Shown piece after piece: positions 9,615 through 21,172 of a stretch of 64,000 bases of DNA. Under the pieces are notes generated by a model, which was given only the letters and a program-made list of their open reading frames with translations, had not been told where the DNA came from and searched no databases. Position numbers and translations under genes: made by a program. The stretch lies in the NCBI GenBank assembly GCA_964035575.1, contig OZ037838.1, positions 1,178,001 through 1,242,000 on the forward strand. The letters run 5' to 3'. Each line of letters begins with the position of its first letter. Within the stretch, counting starts at the first letter, position 1. The stretch comes from Rhynchopus sp. YZ270_cl-10. Taxonomy: Eukaryota.

Positions 9615-10721
9615 ATGATGGATGTGACCTTTGTGCTGGAAGAGTCAGGCGTGACTGCGACAGTGGAGGTGCCGTGCGAGGCGGACGTTGCAGCGGCAAA
9701 GGGGGTTGCGTGCACGGCGCTTGCTGTCTCGCCTGCGTCTGTCGAGATGCGCATCGGCACGCAGGTGCTGGAGGGTACGTGCCGTCTGCAGGACACTGCG
9801 TTTGATGCAGGGGTGCAGGTTGTGCTTGCCCGCCCTCGCTTGGCCGACGTCAAGTGTCCTGCTGAGTACAACGCCAGTTTGGGAGCAGGCTTGTCGCTGT
9901 CTCCTTGTGGAACGCTCTGTGTGTTTGCACAGAACACTGGAGAGTACGTCGGCTTCGACACAGAAACCTTCGACACAGTCTTCTCGTTCAAAGTGGACGA
10001 TGCTGCGAAAGGGGGCCACCCTGCCGTCTCGCAGTGCAAGACACGTTGCTACCTGGCGTGTGTGGATTGCCTTCTCGAGGTTGCGCTTCCGGATGGGGAG
10101 GTGCTCCGCAAAGTCGACGGCACCTCGTACTCAGTGTTCGCGTGTGGCGGTGTTGTTGTCTCGAAGGGCAAAGACGGCGTCTCTGTGTATGACGAAGACC
10201 TGACGTTGCTCCGCACTCTCTCGCACGAAGGGTCTGTGGACTTGGCGGTGTCTGACTGTGGTGGGTGGGTGATCACCTCTTCCCTGAGTGAGAAGAAGGC
10301 ACGTCTGTGGGATGTGAACACAGGTGAAGCTGTGGCATGTGTGCCTACGTATGGGTGGCATATGGCGATCTCGCGGGCTGCCTCTGTCTTTGCTGTGGGA
10401 GTGTGCCCTGACAAAGTGCAGCTCTACGGCTGGAGTGGTGTGGCTCTTACAATCTTGGAAAAGGAGCACTATTGCATCCGTGCCGTGCAGTTCACTCCAT
10501 GTGGGAAGTACGTCGTAGTTGCGTTCATCCTGAATGATGCCATTGATGGTATTTATAATGAGATATGTTCACTGCACCAGTATGATGTGGCGACCATGTC
10601 CTGTGTGCGTGTAATACAGGACACCAAAGGCGAATTTACGATATCGCCGTGTTCACGTGTGGTTATGTTTGAGTCATCAAACAGTGCCGCCCTTGAGACG
10701 AGACATTTGTACCCCAACTGA
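9615..10721 (+). CDS. Ubl-WD40 propeller family, copy 5
   Basis: Intact ORF with the conserved Ubl start. Confidence 0.85.
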   Translation: MMDVTFVLEESGVTATVEVPCEADVAAAKGVACTALAVSPASVEMRIGTQVLEGTCRLQDTAFDAGVQVVLARPRLADVKCPAEYNASLGAGLSLSPCGTLCVFAQNTGEYVGFDTETFDTVFSFKVDDAAKGGHPAVSQCKTRCYLACVDCLLEVALPDGEVLRKVDGTSYSVFACGGVVVSKGKDGVSVYDEDLTLLRTLSHEGSVDLAVSDCGGWVITSSLSEKKARLWDVNTGEAVACVPTYGWHMAISRAASVFAVGVCPDKVQLYGWSGVALTILEKEHYCIRAVQFTPCGKYVVVAFILNDAIDGIYNEICSLHQYDVATMSCVRVIQDTKGEFTISPCSRVVMFESSNSAALETRHLYPN

Positions 10722-11129
10722 GTGATGATTTTTTTTGCATGAGGACAACCAGAGAAGAGTAGCCTCATGAGCACGACAGCGTGCTTGCAGTGCGGCTCTT
10801 GGCAGCTTTTATACGTATGGGCAGGTCAGGGTGTGCAGTCCACCCTGTGTGGGAAGTACCTCCTCGCTGTCGCTGAGTACTGCGGTGTGTTGCTATCGTG
10901 CGTTGCATCAGTATTTGCGTTGCACCCTCGACCTACTAACCTGTGCGAAGATACATTTTCAGATATTTTTACGATAATGTTACATCTCTTTTTCACGTTT
11001 GCTTTGTTAAAACCCTCTCCTCTTGGTGGAAACTACAGACACAACGAAAATATCACAAACACACAAAACAAAACAACCCACACCTCATCTCCTTCCCAAC
11101 AGAGGTGGAACAAGAAGAAGACAAAACAA

Positions 11130-12275
11130 ATGATGGATGTGACCTTTGTGCTGGAAGAGTCAGGCGTGACTGCGACAGTGGAGGTGCCGTGCGAGGCGGA
11201 CGTTGCAGCGGCAAAGGGGGTTGCGTGCACGGCGCTTGCTGTCTGGCCTGCGTCTGTCGAGATGCGCATCGGCACGCAGGTGCTGGAGGGGACGTGCCGT
11301 CTGCAGGACACTGCGTTTGATTCAGGGGTGCAGGTTGTGCTTGCCTGCCGCTTTGCTGACATCAAGTGTCCTGCTGAGTGCAGTATTGAGGTGCCACCTG
11401 GAACGCAGCGGATGTATCTACATCGCTTTTCGCTGTCTCCTTGTGGAGCACTCTGCCTCTGTACACATCAGCAAGGATATGTCACCGGCCTCGATACAGA
11501 AACCTTCAGCCCTGCCTTCAAGTTCAAAGTAGACTTTGAGGTGATCGGTGCGCCTGCCATCTCACGGTGCAAGACACGCTGCTACCTGCCGTGCAAGGAA
11601 GTCCTTCTCGATGTTGCACTTCCGGGTGGGGAGGTGCTCCGCAAAGTCGACGGCCCCTCGTTCAAAGTGTTCGCGCGTGGTGGTGTCGTTGTCTCCAAAG
11701 GCAAAGACGGCGTCTCTGTGTATGACGAAGACCTTACGTTGCTCCGCTCTCTCTCACACCAAATGTGTGGCAAAGCAGCAGTGTCGGACTGTGGTGGGTG
11801 GGTGATCACCTCCTCCAACAGTGAGGATAACGCACGTCTGTGGGATGTGAACACAGGTGAAGCTGTGGCATGTGTGCCTGCGGACGGGTGGGCGTGTCGC
11901 TTAGCGATTTCACGGTCTGCCTCTGTCTTTGCAGTGGTGCAGGACGAAGCCCAGCTCTATGACTGGAGTGGTGCGGCTCTTCGCAGTATTGATGTGTGTG
12001 TGGATGAGATCGTGTCTGTACAGTTCACCCCGTGTGGGAAGTACCTTGTGGTATACGGAGAGGTTCTGGTTCCTGATGACGACGAAGACGGAGATGAGGA
12101 TGGTTACGATGGTTTCCTGCACCAGTACGATGTGGCGACCATGTCCTGTGTGCGTGTGATATCTCAAGAGTCATATGTGTCCTTTGCGATATCGCCGTGT
12201 TCACGCGTTGTTGTGGGCATGCAGCCAGATGGCGTCATTGTGACGAGACATCTGTACCCACACAACAGTGAGTGA
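11130..12275 (+). CDS. Ubl-WD40 propeller family, copy 6
   Basis: Intact ORF with an acidic loop insertion (PDDDEDGDEDGYDG) in blade 6. Confidence 0.85.
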   Translation: MMDVTFVLEESGVTATVEVPCEADVAAAKGVACTALAVWPASVEMRIGTQVLEGTCRLQDTAFDSGVQVVLACRFADIKCPAECSIEVPPGTQRMYLHRFSLSPCGALCLCTHQQGYVTGLDTETFSPAFKFKVDFEVIGAPAISRCKTRCYLPCKEVLLDVALPGGEVLRKVDGPSFKVFARGGVVVSKGKDGVSVYDEDLTLLRSLSHQMCGKAAVSDCGGWVITSSNSEDNARLWDVNTGEAVACVPADGWACRLAISRSASVFAVVQDEAQLYDWSGAALRSIDVCVDEIVSVQFTPCGKYLVVYGEVLVPDDDEDGDEDGYDGFLHQYDVATMSCVRVISQESYVSFAISPCSRVVVGMQPDGVIVTRHLYPHNSE

Positions 12276-12653
12276 TGTGGGAACAGGGGAGGGGGAGGGT
12301 GTAACCCAGGGTACCAACAAAAAACCCAGACCCTCAAAACACCCAAGAAACTCCCCTTCAGCCTTGTTGCTGCTTTTCACTTGTTTGCCTGCCACAGGTC
12401 GCCCACCTCACACGCTGCCCATGCGCTCGTGTGGGTGACAGATCACGATGCTGAGTATCATTTTCCATTCGTCACCTCTCACAACGAGAACCACCACAAA
12501 CATGCAACACAGAACAACACCTCTCCCCCACCCACCTCGTCACTCCCTCCGTTTGTGGTGGAGCAAACGTGCTGATTTGCACCTTCTCACGCAACACAAT
12601 GGATGTGACCTTTTGCAATAGAATTGCATTCCACCAACACAGCTCTTGAAACA

Positions 12654-13787
12654 ATGATGGATGTGACCTTTGTGCTGGAAGAGTCAGGCGTGACTGCGAC
12701 AGTGGAGGTGCCGTGCGAGGCGGACGTTGCAGCGGCAAAGGAGGTTGCGTGCACGGCGCTTGCTGTCTCGCCTGCGTCTGTCGAGATGCGCATCGGCACG
12801 CAGGTGCTGGAGGGGACGTGCCGTCTGCAGGACACTGCGTTTGATTCAGGGGTGCAGGTTGTGCTTGCCTGTCCTCGCTTGGCCGACATCAAGTGTCCTG
12901 CTGAGTACAGTAGGAAAACTACACAGAATCGTGTGCAACACGTGTCGCTGTCGCGTTGTGGAACACTCTGCCTCTATAGTTATGGGCAGCATGTTGATGG
13001 ATTCAACGCAGAAACTTTCAACACTGCCTTCGCTTTTACTCTAGTCCGCGGTTGGATGTACGGTCCTCCTGCCATCTCGCGGTGCAAGACACGCTGCTAC
13101 CTGCCGTGTATGTGGCACCTTCTCGAGGTTGCCATTCCTGGTGGGGAGGTGCTCCGCAAAGTCGATGGAACTTCGTACGCAGTGTTCGCGTGTGGTTGTT
13201 GTCTCGAAGGGCAAAGACGGCGTCTCTGTGTATGACGAAGACCTGACGTTGCTCCGCTCTATCTCGCACGAAGGGTGTGTGGACTTGGCGGTGTCTGACT
13301 GTCACTGTGGTGGGTGGGTGATCGCCTCCTCCGAAGAGAACAACGCACGTCTGTGGGATGTGAACACAGGTGAAGCTGTGGCATGTGTGCCGACAGATGG
13401 GTGGTTCATGGCGCTTTCAAGGTCTGCCTCTGTCTTTGCTGTGGTGGACAATGTGGACGAAGTACAGAGAGTGCAACTCTACGACTGGAGTGGTGCGGCT
13501 CTTCAGAACGCCACTATCTCTGGACGTGTGGTTGGCGTGCAATTCGCCCCGTGTGGGAAGTACCTTGTGGTGCAGGTACAAGAGCTTAGTTACAATAATC
13601 GCCTACGTCAGATCGCAAAGTTGCACCAGTATGATGTGGCGACCATGTCCTGTGTACTTGTGATCCGAGACGTCACCGTCAGTCATTTGTGATATCACCG
13701 TGTTCGCGTGTGGTTGTGTTTTTATCATATGTGTCTTTCGATTGCACCAACGTTGTGACAAGACGTCTGTACCCCCACAACGAGTGA
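12654..13787 (+). pseudogene. Ubl-WD40 propeller family, copy 7 (two frameshifts)
   Basis: 5-nt deletion near 13195 (GCGTGTGGTTGTTGTC versus GCGTGTGGCGGTGTTGTTGTC in paralogs). 1-nt deletion near 13678 relative to copy 1. Confidence 0.8.
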
Positions 13788-14617
13788 TGTTCATGCTTTG
13801 GCACCATGTGAAATGGGTGTGGTGACTTGCACGAATTGAAAAAAGAAAAAAGAAAAAAGAAATAATTTTGGTGCTCTGGATTCTGTGCGTACTGTGGGGT
13901 CACCTTGCGCTGAGAAATGAGTATTTTTGACCTAAAATGCATGTCTAAATGCATCAGTTTTTACACGATGGCTATTTTCAGGTTTTGTGTGGAAAATATG
14001 GTTAGACTACTAAGTGCTTGACTTCTGAAGGAATGGAAACGTGCAAAGTGAACGTGGCAATTCGCGTCGCTGCGTACTTGTGCTGCGACCCCACTATTTG
14101 ACGCCCCAAAGACATATCCCGAGGGGTACCCAGGTTTCGGGGTATTTAGAGGGACTTGCGGAACTTAGAGCCATGTTTCAAAAAGGGTACCAGGACCTTA
14201 CCAGCCCAAGTTACCAAGTCCTTTGACACTTTTTCAGTGGGGCCAAAAAAGGTCGGTTGGTGTCAACAGGGCGGGTTAAGGGGGTACTTTTTTGGGTGGT
14301 GTGGGGGGAATATGTGGTCAAAAAAAAAACGCTTTGAATTGCAACAATGAAATGCATTTTTGTGAATAAGAAAAAAACGTGACAGCTTTTGATACCCCCT
14401 CCCCCCAAAAAAACAAACGGACTAGCAAAAAGACAAAACCAAACAAGCTTTACCCACTCCACCCTACCCCCCTTTACCCTCCCTCCCCCACACACACACA
14501 CACACACCCACAAAACCAGAAGCGGTTCGAACCCATATCCGCTCTCGCCCCTTCCCCTTACTCCCCTATAGCACCCTCCCCTTTCTCAGGGGGACAGAAA
14601 CACAAACAGAAAGCAAA

Positions 14618-17600
14618 ATGCTTGAAGAAGAGAGTGCGGGTCCGACCGAGTCGCCGGAGTGCGGGCGGGAGACGGAAATGCAGCATTCTCAGCAGCGCGC
14701 TGTGTTGGAGGCGACAGCTGCGAATACGGGGCAGGTACCTGCGAAGGCGCAGAAGACACGGCGAAAGGAGAAGAAGAAGCCTGGGACGCAAGCGGGGAAG
14801 TGTGCGGCAGATGGGCCTCATGGACAACAGCCTGGCATCTCCTCTGCGCAGAACGCCCTCGAGGTGAACTGCACCGGCTGCGGGATCCCCTGCGAGAAGA
14901 AACACCGCTGCCCACGCTGCTCCGAACTGCACCTCAACCCCTCATACTTTTGTAGCCAGGACTGCTTCAAACGCAGCTGGCGCACCCACAAATCCTCCCA
15001 CGATGCTGCCCCGGTCCCCAACGAAAAAAAGGAGGACCGCCTCAAAAGCTTCAAAAACTGGCCCTACAAATACCAATACACTACCCCAGAAACCCTCAGC
15101 GATGCTGGATACTACTACGGCCCGACTCTCGAATATCCTGACCGTTGTGTCTGTTATAAATGCCGTGGTGATATAAGGAATTGGTCGTGTCGGTCGATTC
15201 CATGGTTGTTGCATAAGAAGTTCCGCAAGGACTGTCCGTTGGTGAAGCAGAAGTTTGCGATCCCCTCTGACTACAATCCTAAGTACGACACCATGGTGCT
15301 CGCGCAGCAGCAGCTCCGCCAGCAGCAGCTTCCGCTTCCGATGACGGAGCTGAAGAACGACGTGCTTGCAGGGGTCGAGCCGATCTCAGAGGTGTCCTTG
15401 AGGAAGAAGCGGAAGAAGAGGCAGGGCGCGTCGACGCTCTCGCTTTCGTTGTCGCCATCGCCGTCTTCGGCTGTGAGCACGCGGGCAGGGGAGGAGGAGG
15501 AGGAAGAAGAAGAGGAGGATGAGGAGGACGAGCAGTCCGTCTCGAGTGGCGCCTCGGAGGGGAGGAAGCGGAAGCGTGCGAATCATTCACCGTGCTCGTC
15601 GGTGAGCTGCCAGACCCATACACCACCTTCGTCGTCATCGCCGTCCACACCGACCGGGAAGAAGAAGGAGATCGCGAAGACACGCCCAGCAGCTGCTGCC
15701 GCATTTCCACTTCCCCCGATGAACCTCTGGCGCTGCACCAACGAGCAGTGTCGTTACGTCAACAAGATCGACACCGCGTCACTCCCGTTCTTATCTGCAA
15801 CGCAGTCCGGTGTGATTGCGTCTGGCGGGAACTTTGGTGGCCTGCACCTGCAGTGCACAGTGTGCTATCAGAAGCGAGGCCGCAGTGCGCCTGGCAGTGC
15901 CGTCGCTGCCTCCGGAGCTGCCGGGTCGACCTGCTCTTCCTTCTCCCTAGAAGGGGTTGATGCGAATGCGGCGGGACTCACCCCTTCCACACCTGCAGTC
16001 GCACTGCACCGCCGTGTCCGTCAATCCACCCATACGACACTCAAACAATCGCAAATGTCGCTCACGGAGATGCATCCGCAAAAGCCGGTCTCAATCCGTC
16101 AGATTGCGACTGCACCTTCTGCACGCATGCAAGCTGTGCCCACCGGCGACCCTTTTGCTATTCCAACAAAGAGAAAGACACGGAGACGTGATGTTGGGTC
16201 GGCAGGTCAGGCGCAGACCAATGCAGGCGCAGGGGTGCCTGCAGCGAACCAACACCGTGACAGCGACGAGGACTACGGTGGGGTGCGCGCGGAGGAAGGC
16301 TCGCAACGGGACTACCGCGGGGGGAGGTTCGCGTGCGCGTCGTGCAACTCATCGCCTCTTGACTCCTCTTCACCTGCATCATGCCCTGTCTCGCCGACAT
16401 CGACCCTCTCTTCACGACGGTCCTCCGTCAGTTCCGGACCTCTTTCATCACGCTCCTCAGGCCTCGCAAATGCTGCAGAAGAAGCACTCAAAAAAGCCGG
16501 AGACATGCAACGACGGGAATCACGACGGTACCAACGCAGAGACAGACGACGGAGACGGTCCGAGGGGGCAGGGGTAGGGGGGGACCCTGGTGTCCCAGAA
16601 CCGTTTCAGCATTATTCCCCCGAGGCGATGGGGGTGGCTGCACTTGCGTCTGCGTACCCCCCTTTGACACAGGCAACAACAAAGAAGGGGTTCACCTCGG
16701 CGTACTCTTCTGCACGACAGGCACTGCAGGACGGAGGGTTTGTGGAGGAAGAAGAAAAGGCTAAGGTACAGCCCCGCCCTGAGATCTCCGGGAGGAAGCT
16801 GGAGGTGTCTCTCTGCGACGCTGGAGGGCGGACCATTATGTTTAAGGTGCCCGCTTCTGCGCAGCTCAAATCTTTGGCGGAAGCGTACGCAGCTGAAGCA
16901 GAGATCGGACCAAGCAGGCTGCGACTACTCTATGACGGGGAAGTATTGGACCAGAACAAATCGGCCGCCGAAGTCGGCATCGAAAACGAAGACGTCATAA
17001 ACGTCATGGACGCGGAATACCCAGACGACAGCCACTGCTGGCACGTCATCCCCAAAACCACCCTCACCATTCTTGACGACTCCTCCCGCCGCCTCCCTGT
17101 AGACCTTCGACGGCAAAAATTCAAAGACCGTTCAACTCTGTTAGGCATCTGGCCCTCTGGGGCGTTCTCAAATCACCCACAAATGCTTTTATCCCGCAAA
17201 AAAACGACAGTAACGTTCATTCAACCGATCACCGGGAGGGGCCTGCAAATTAAGCTGCAACTACCTCGCCCAGAAAATGTTTATATTCCTCAGGTCCGCG
17301 TCGAATCGCAATACACCGAGGTGTTAGTTCAGCAGGTCTTCCAATGTTTGGCGGGCATTATGAAACGCGCGTATGAAGTTGCCTTTAATGTTGCAGAAGA
17401 CGTGGTGGTGGATCCGAACGACGTGGAATACGCAATTCTGACACAACAAGAGCAGGGTGCAGATACCCCCAAACGGTTCATGGTTTCTCCGGTCAACATG
17501 CTTCAGGCGGTTGGATTCACAGAAGGGAAGGACACACGCATTGGCTGCTATGTCTTCGAGAAATCCAAATCCTGCGTGGATGAGGACCGCGAGCTTTGTT

Positions 17601-20600
17601 ATGACTTCATGACCGCCCTTGAGGATGAGGTGCGTGCCCTTCGTGCAACCGGGGGAGACCCATCTGCGACGGTCGTCAAATACCCTTGGGAACCGGGCTC
17701 GCTTCAGTCCAAAATATCAAGCTATGCCCCCACCGTGCTAGAGGAGGTCGGAAAGCTGAAGGACGCTCTAGAAGAAGACCCACCGTCTCCCGATCTTCTC
17801 GACCGCTGCAAGCTTGCCTGGTCCTCCGCAGCGTCTTATTGGTACTTTGAAAGTTATTGCATCATAAATTCGCAGCACCGTGTGCTTTCTTCTCAAATTC
17901 TTGAAGCGGCTACACAGCTACTATGCGCGGTGCATGACTTTCTTTCAACAGATTTTGAGGAATCTCCGCCAAAAAAGCGGAAAAAGGGGAAGAAAAGGAG
18001 GAACAACAATAACACCGCGAAACGCGATAACAACGACGACAACGCGCTTTCTTCAGAGCACGACACCCAAGCCACCCCAGTCAAGCAGTGCATTCTGTCG
18101 TACCTTCATCAGTACTTCCACGAAGGTGCTGAGCCCCCTGCCGATTTGTACTGCTCAAGAGATGGTATGTTGCCACAGCAGATCCCGCCTCCTGCATATG
18201 GCGAAGATGAGAGCACCAGCTCTGCGGAGGATTTTGAGCATGAGCCAAATGCATGGGGGTTGTGTTCAGAGTGTATTGACACTGGTGGGGAGTACTTAGG
18301 TAAGCAGCATCAACAGCAACACATGAACGTCGCGAAGGTCCATCAGCTCGCAAAGCAGGTTCAAAGGCTCCCCAAAGCGGAACACAGTGCTTTAACCTGC
18401 CCGCTCCAGGTTCACCACCCACATACCCACCATGACATCCCACACAACCGACGTATTCAGTATGACTCCGTTGTGGACCCGCATTTGCAGCGATACTTCC
18501 CAGCGTACAATGAGGATAGCCTTGAGCATGGATTTCTGCGGAGCACCGAGCTCATTGATGTTGAAGAAGAGGAAGACCTGGAGGAGGAAGAAGAGGAGGA
18601 GGAGGAGGAGGAAGAGGAGGAGGAGGAGGAGGAGGAAGAGGAGTGCGAGGAGGAGGTGGAGATGGCGGTGCAGCTGCGCGAGGAGGACTATGGGGCGGCG
18701 GTGGGGCTGGTGGTGGCGGGGGCGGTTGCCGCGGTGCTGGCAGGAGAAAGACGGAAACAGAGAAGAGAAGTCGACCGCTTTGTCGCCCGCGAGATCAAAG
18801 AACGCCGAGCACTCCGAGAAAACGAAGCCCACGCCTACATCGAGAAGGAATCCACCTTCCACACCGCAGTCCGCGAACAAAAGAAAAAGGTCCGCGACGA
18901 ACTCAAAGCACGTCAACGATGTGTCCAAGAAGAGCAGGAAGGCCGTGCCACCATCTCTGGCGATGAAAAGAAGAAGCATGCTTCCCTCCTCGCGCAGGTC
19001 CACGATGCGAAGGTGCGTTACGACGTCTTCCTCGACCTTCTGAGCAAACTCGAAACCAAACGCAACAGCCTCCCCGGAGAGGAAAGCGGGCAACGCCAGA
19101 ACATCGTTGGCAACGAACGCCGCCAATTTGGCATCATCTTCTTTGACTTGGAGCGGGTTGTTCGGCGTGCCTTGGTTGCGGAAAACAATGCGTTAACAGC
19201 GCGGTTCACCGCAGAAAAACGTCTTCTCGTCCGTCTCGGAAAAATCTGGGCAGCAGAGGTACCCGCCAGAGAGCTTATTCGCAACAGAGCGCAGGAGTCC
19301 TTTTTATCCAACATCGCAGTCCCTCACGTTACCTTCCTTGAGTCCGCTTTGCGCAAAGAGATTGAAGACGCGCAGTGCCAGGCAGAAGGTAGTCTCTCCA
19401 TTGCCCGCAAATCTGTGACAAAACAGATGGAGCAGCGTTTGCACACACATTTGACGGAGTTGCTCACGACTGATGAACCCTCGGCACGCAGTCTCATCTC
19501 TGAATCTGAAGACACAGAGCGTACGGCGCGTAGTATCGCTGAATATGACCAACGTTACACGATTCTCATTAACCTCTGTGAAGAAGAAGAAAGCGCGGCC
19601 CGCTCTGAAGCGATCTGCAGTGAAGAAGTATCGCGCAGCAAAATTGGAACGGTGTGTCCAACCCCACCTCCGCGGAGCGTCACCCCCCCGGTTCCTGCAT
19701 TAGTAGAAGACGAAGAAGGGCGCGCACCACAAGCCCCACCAACCGCCCCTCAACCGCCCCAAGAGAATTCACCTGAATCCACTACGGTGTTTGGCAGTGC
19801 TACCATGCCGCTTCTCCTCCCACGCAACGATACCAACGGATACGACCTGGTAGAAGCGATGGATGCTTTAGGGAGAAATATGGCTCCAGAGCGTCCGTCA
19901 CCTTCGCCCCCGATGCCGTCGCTCACCCAGCCGGTCCCGGCGCTGCTTCGTGCGCATCCGGAAGAGAACGGAAAGAAGGAAGAGGAGGAGGAGGAGGGGG
20001 AGGAGGAGCGGGAGGCTGTAGTGGGGGAAGGCGGCGACCTCCAGATTTTGTCAATTCTGAACACCTTGGCACAGCATGTGACCAATGGGAATGGGGCCGT
20101 GGAGGAGGGGTGGATCACAGCGAACTCGGCGTTGACATCGTTGAACATCCCGTTGGGGGACGACTTCGGAAGTATTGGAGATAGAGGTGTGCGTGGAGGC
20201 AGCCCGCCTGCGTTGCCCACGAAGGCGGGTGGGGGTGTGCACGGAGACCTGCAGGACTCTCTGCTCGGGATTTCGACGCTGACGCTCTCGAATAGTACCG
20301 GGGCGGATCTGGACTTCAGAGAAAAATGGGAGGCAGAATGCAAGCGGGCAGATGCCTTGGAGGTACTGTTTATTCAAAAAAAAAAAAAATCCTTTTTGAA
20401 ATTCTCGTGGAAGCGAACAACAAACAACCTCAATTTTTCCTCTCCCCTTCATCCTTTTAAGCAACAAGCAAAGAGTAAAGAGTCGAGCATTTTTACCCCC
20501 CTTTAGAATCAACAGAGAATGTGCATTCAGATCAACACCCCCCTCTTCACCTCCCTTCACCTTCTACAGACCCGCTGCAGCAGCCAAGCCTCCGAGCTCT

Positions 20601-20944
20601 CCACCCTCCGCTCCGAGAACTCCCAGCTGCACCGCGAGGTCCAGGACCTGAAGATGTGTCTGTCCTCCATAGGCGGAGGCACTCCGCTGTCTCCGGGAGC
20701 TGTGATCCCGAGGGGCGGGCTGATCCACCCCCCGAAGGTGCCCTCTGGCAAAGGCAACGCGCATGCCGCCAACGGAAGCAACCACCGCTCGCCCAATGCA
20801 TCTGGATACCACATCCACCACCCGGGCCTTCAGGGCCCGCATGCACATCACGCTATGGCAAGTGCTCCATTCGGACCACATGGTTACGCAAACCCTCTTC
20901 CCCGTGACCTACCAGCCTATCCCGTACCAAAACCAGGGTTTTGA
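14618..20944 (+). CDS. Large multidomain protein: zf-C6H2 (MYND-like), BIR, zinc ribbon, SUMO-like domain, coiled coils. Exons 14618-20362 and 20570-20944
   Basis: zf-C6H2: CTGC..CPRC..YFCSQDCFKRSWRTHKSSH. BIR: RLKSFKNWP..LSDAGYYY..CYKC..W..H..C. SUMO-like: IMFKV..LRLLYDGEVLD..GIENEDVINV. A phase-0 GT..AG intron at 20363-20569 joins ADALE to TRCSSQASEL in frame. Confidence 0.85.
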
Positions 20945-21172
20945 AAAAAGTATGATTTACTAAAAAAATGGAAAATTTCTTGGAGATATTTTGAAAAAAA
21001 AAAAGATGTGGGGGAGGGGAAGAGGGATGGGGGGTTGGTTTGATTATCAAAAGAAAAAAGGGGTGGGGGGGTTTTGAAAAAAAAATGCGAATTTTATTGG
21101 AGGGAAGGGAGAGAGGTAACCACTAAAGGAGGCACCGTGATTTTTTTTAAAAAGAGTGCGTTTTTAAAAAAA

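Noticed and set aside
20363..20506. C-terminus of the 1962-aa ORF (VLFIQKKKK...)
   Set aside because: AT-rich intron read-through. Splicing to 20570 continues the coiled coil.
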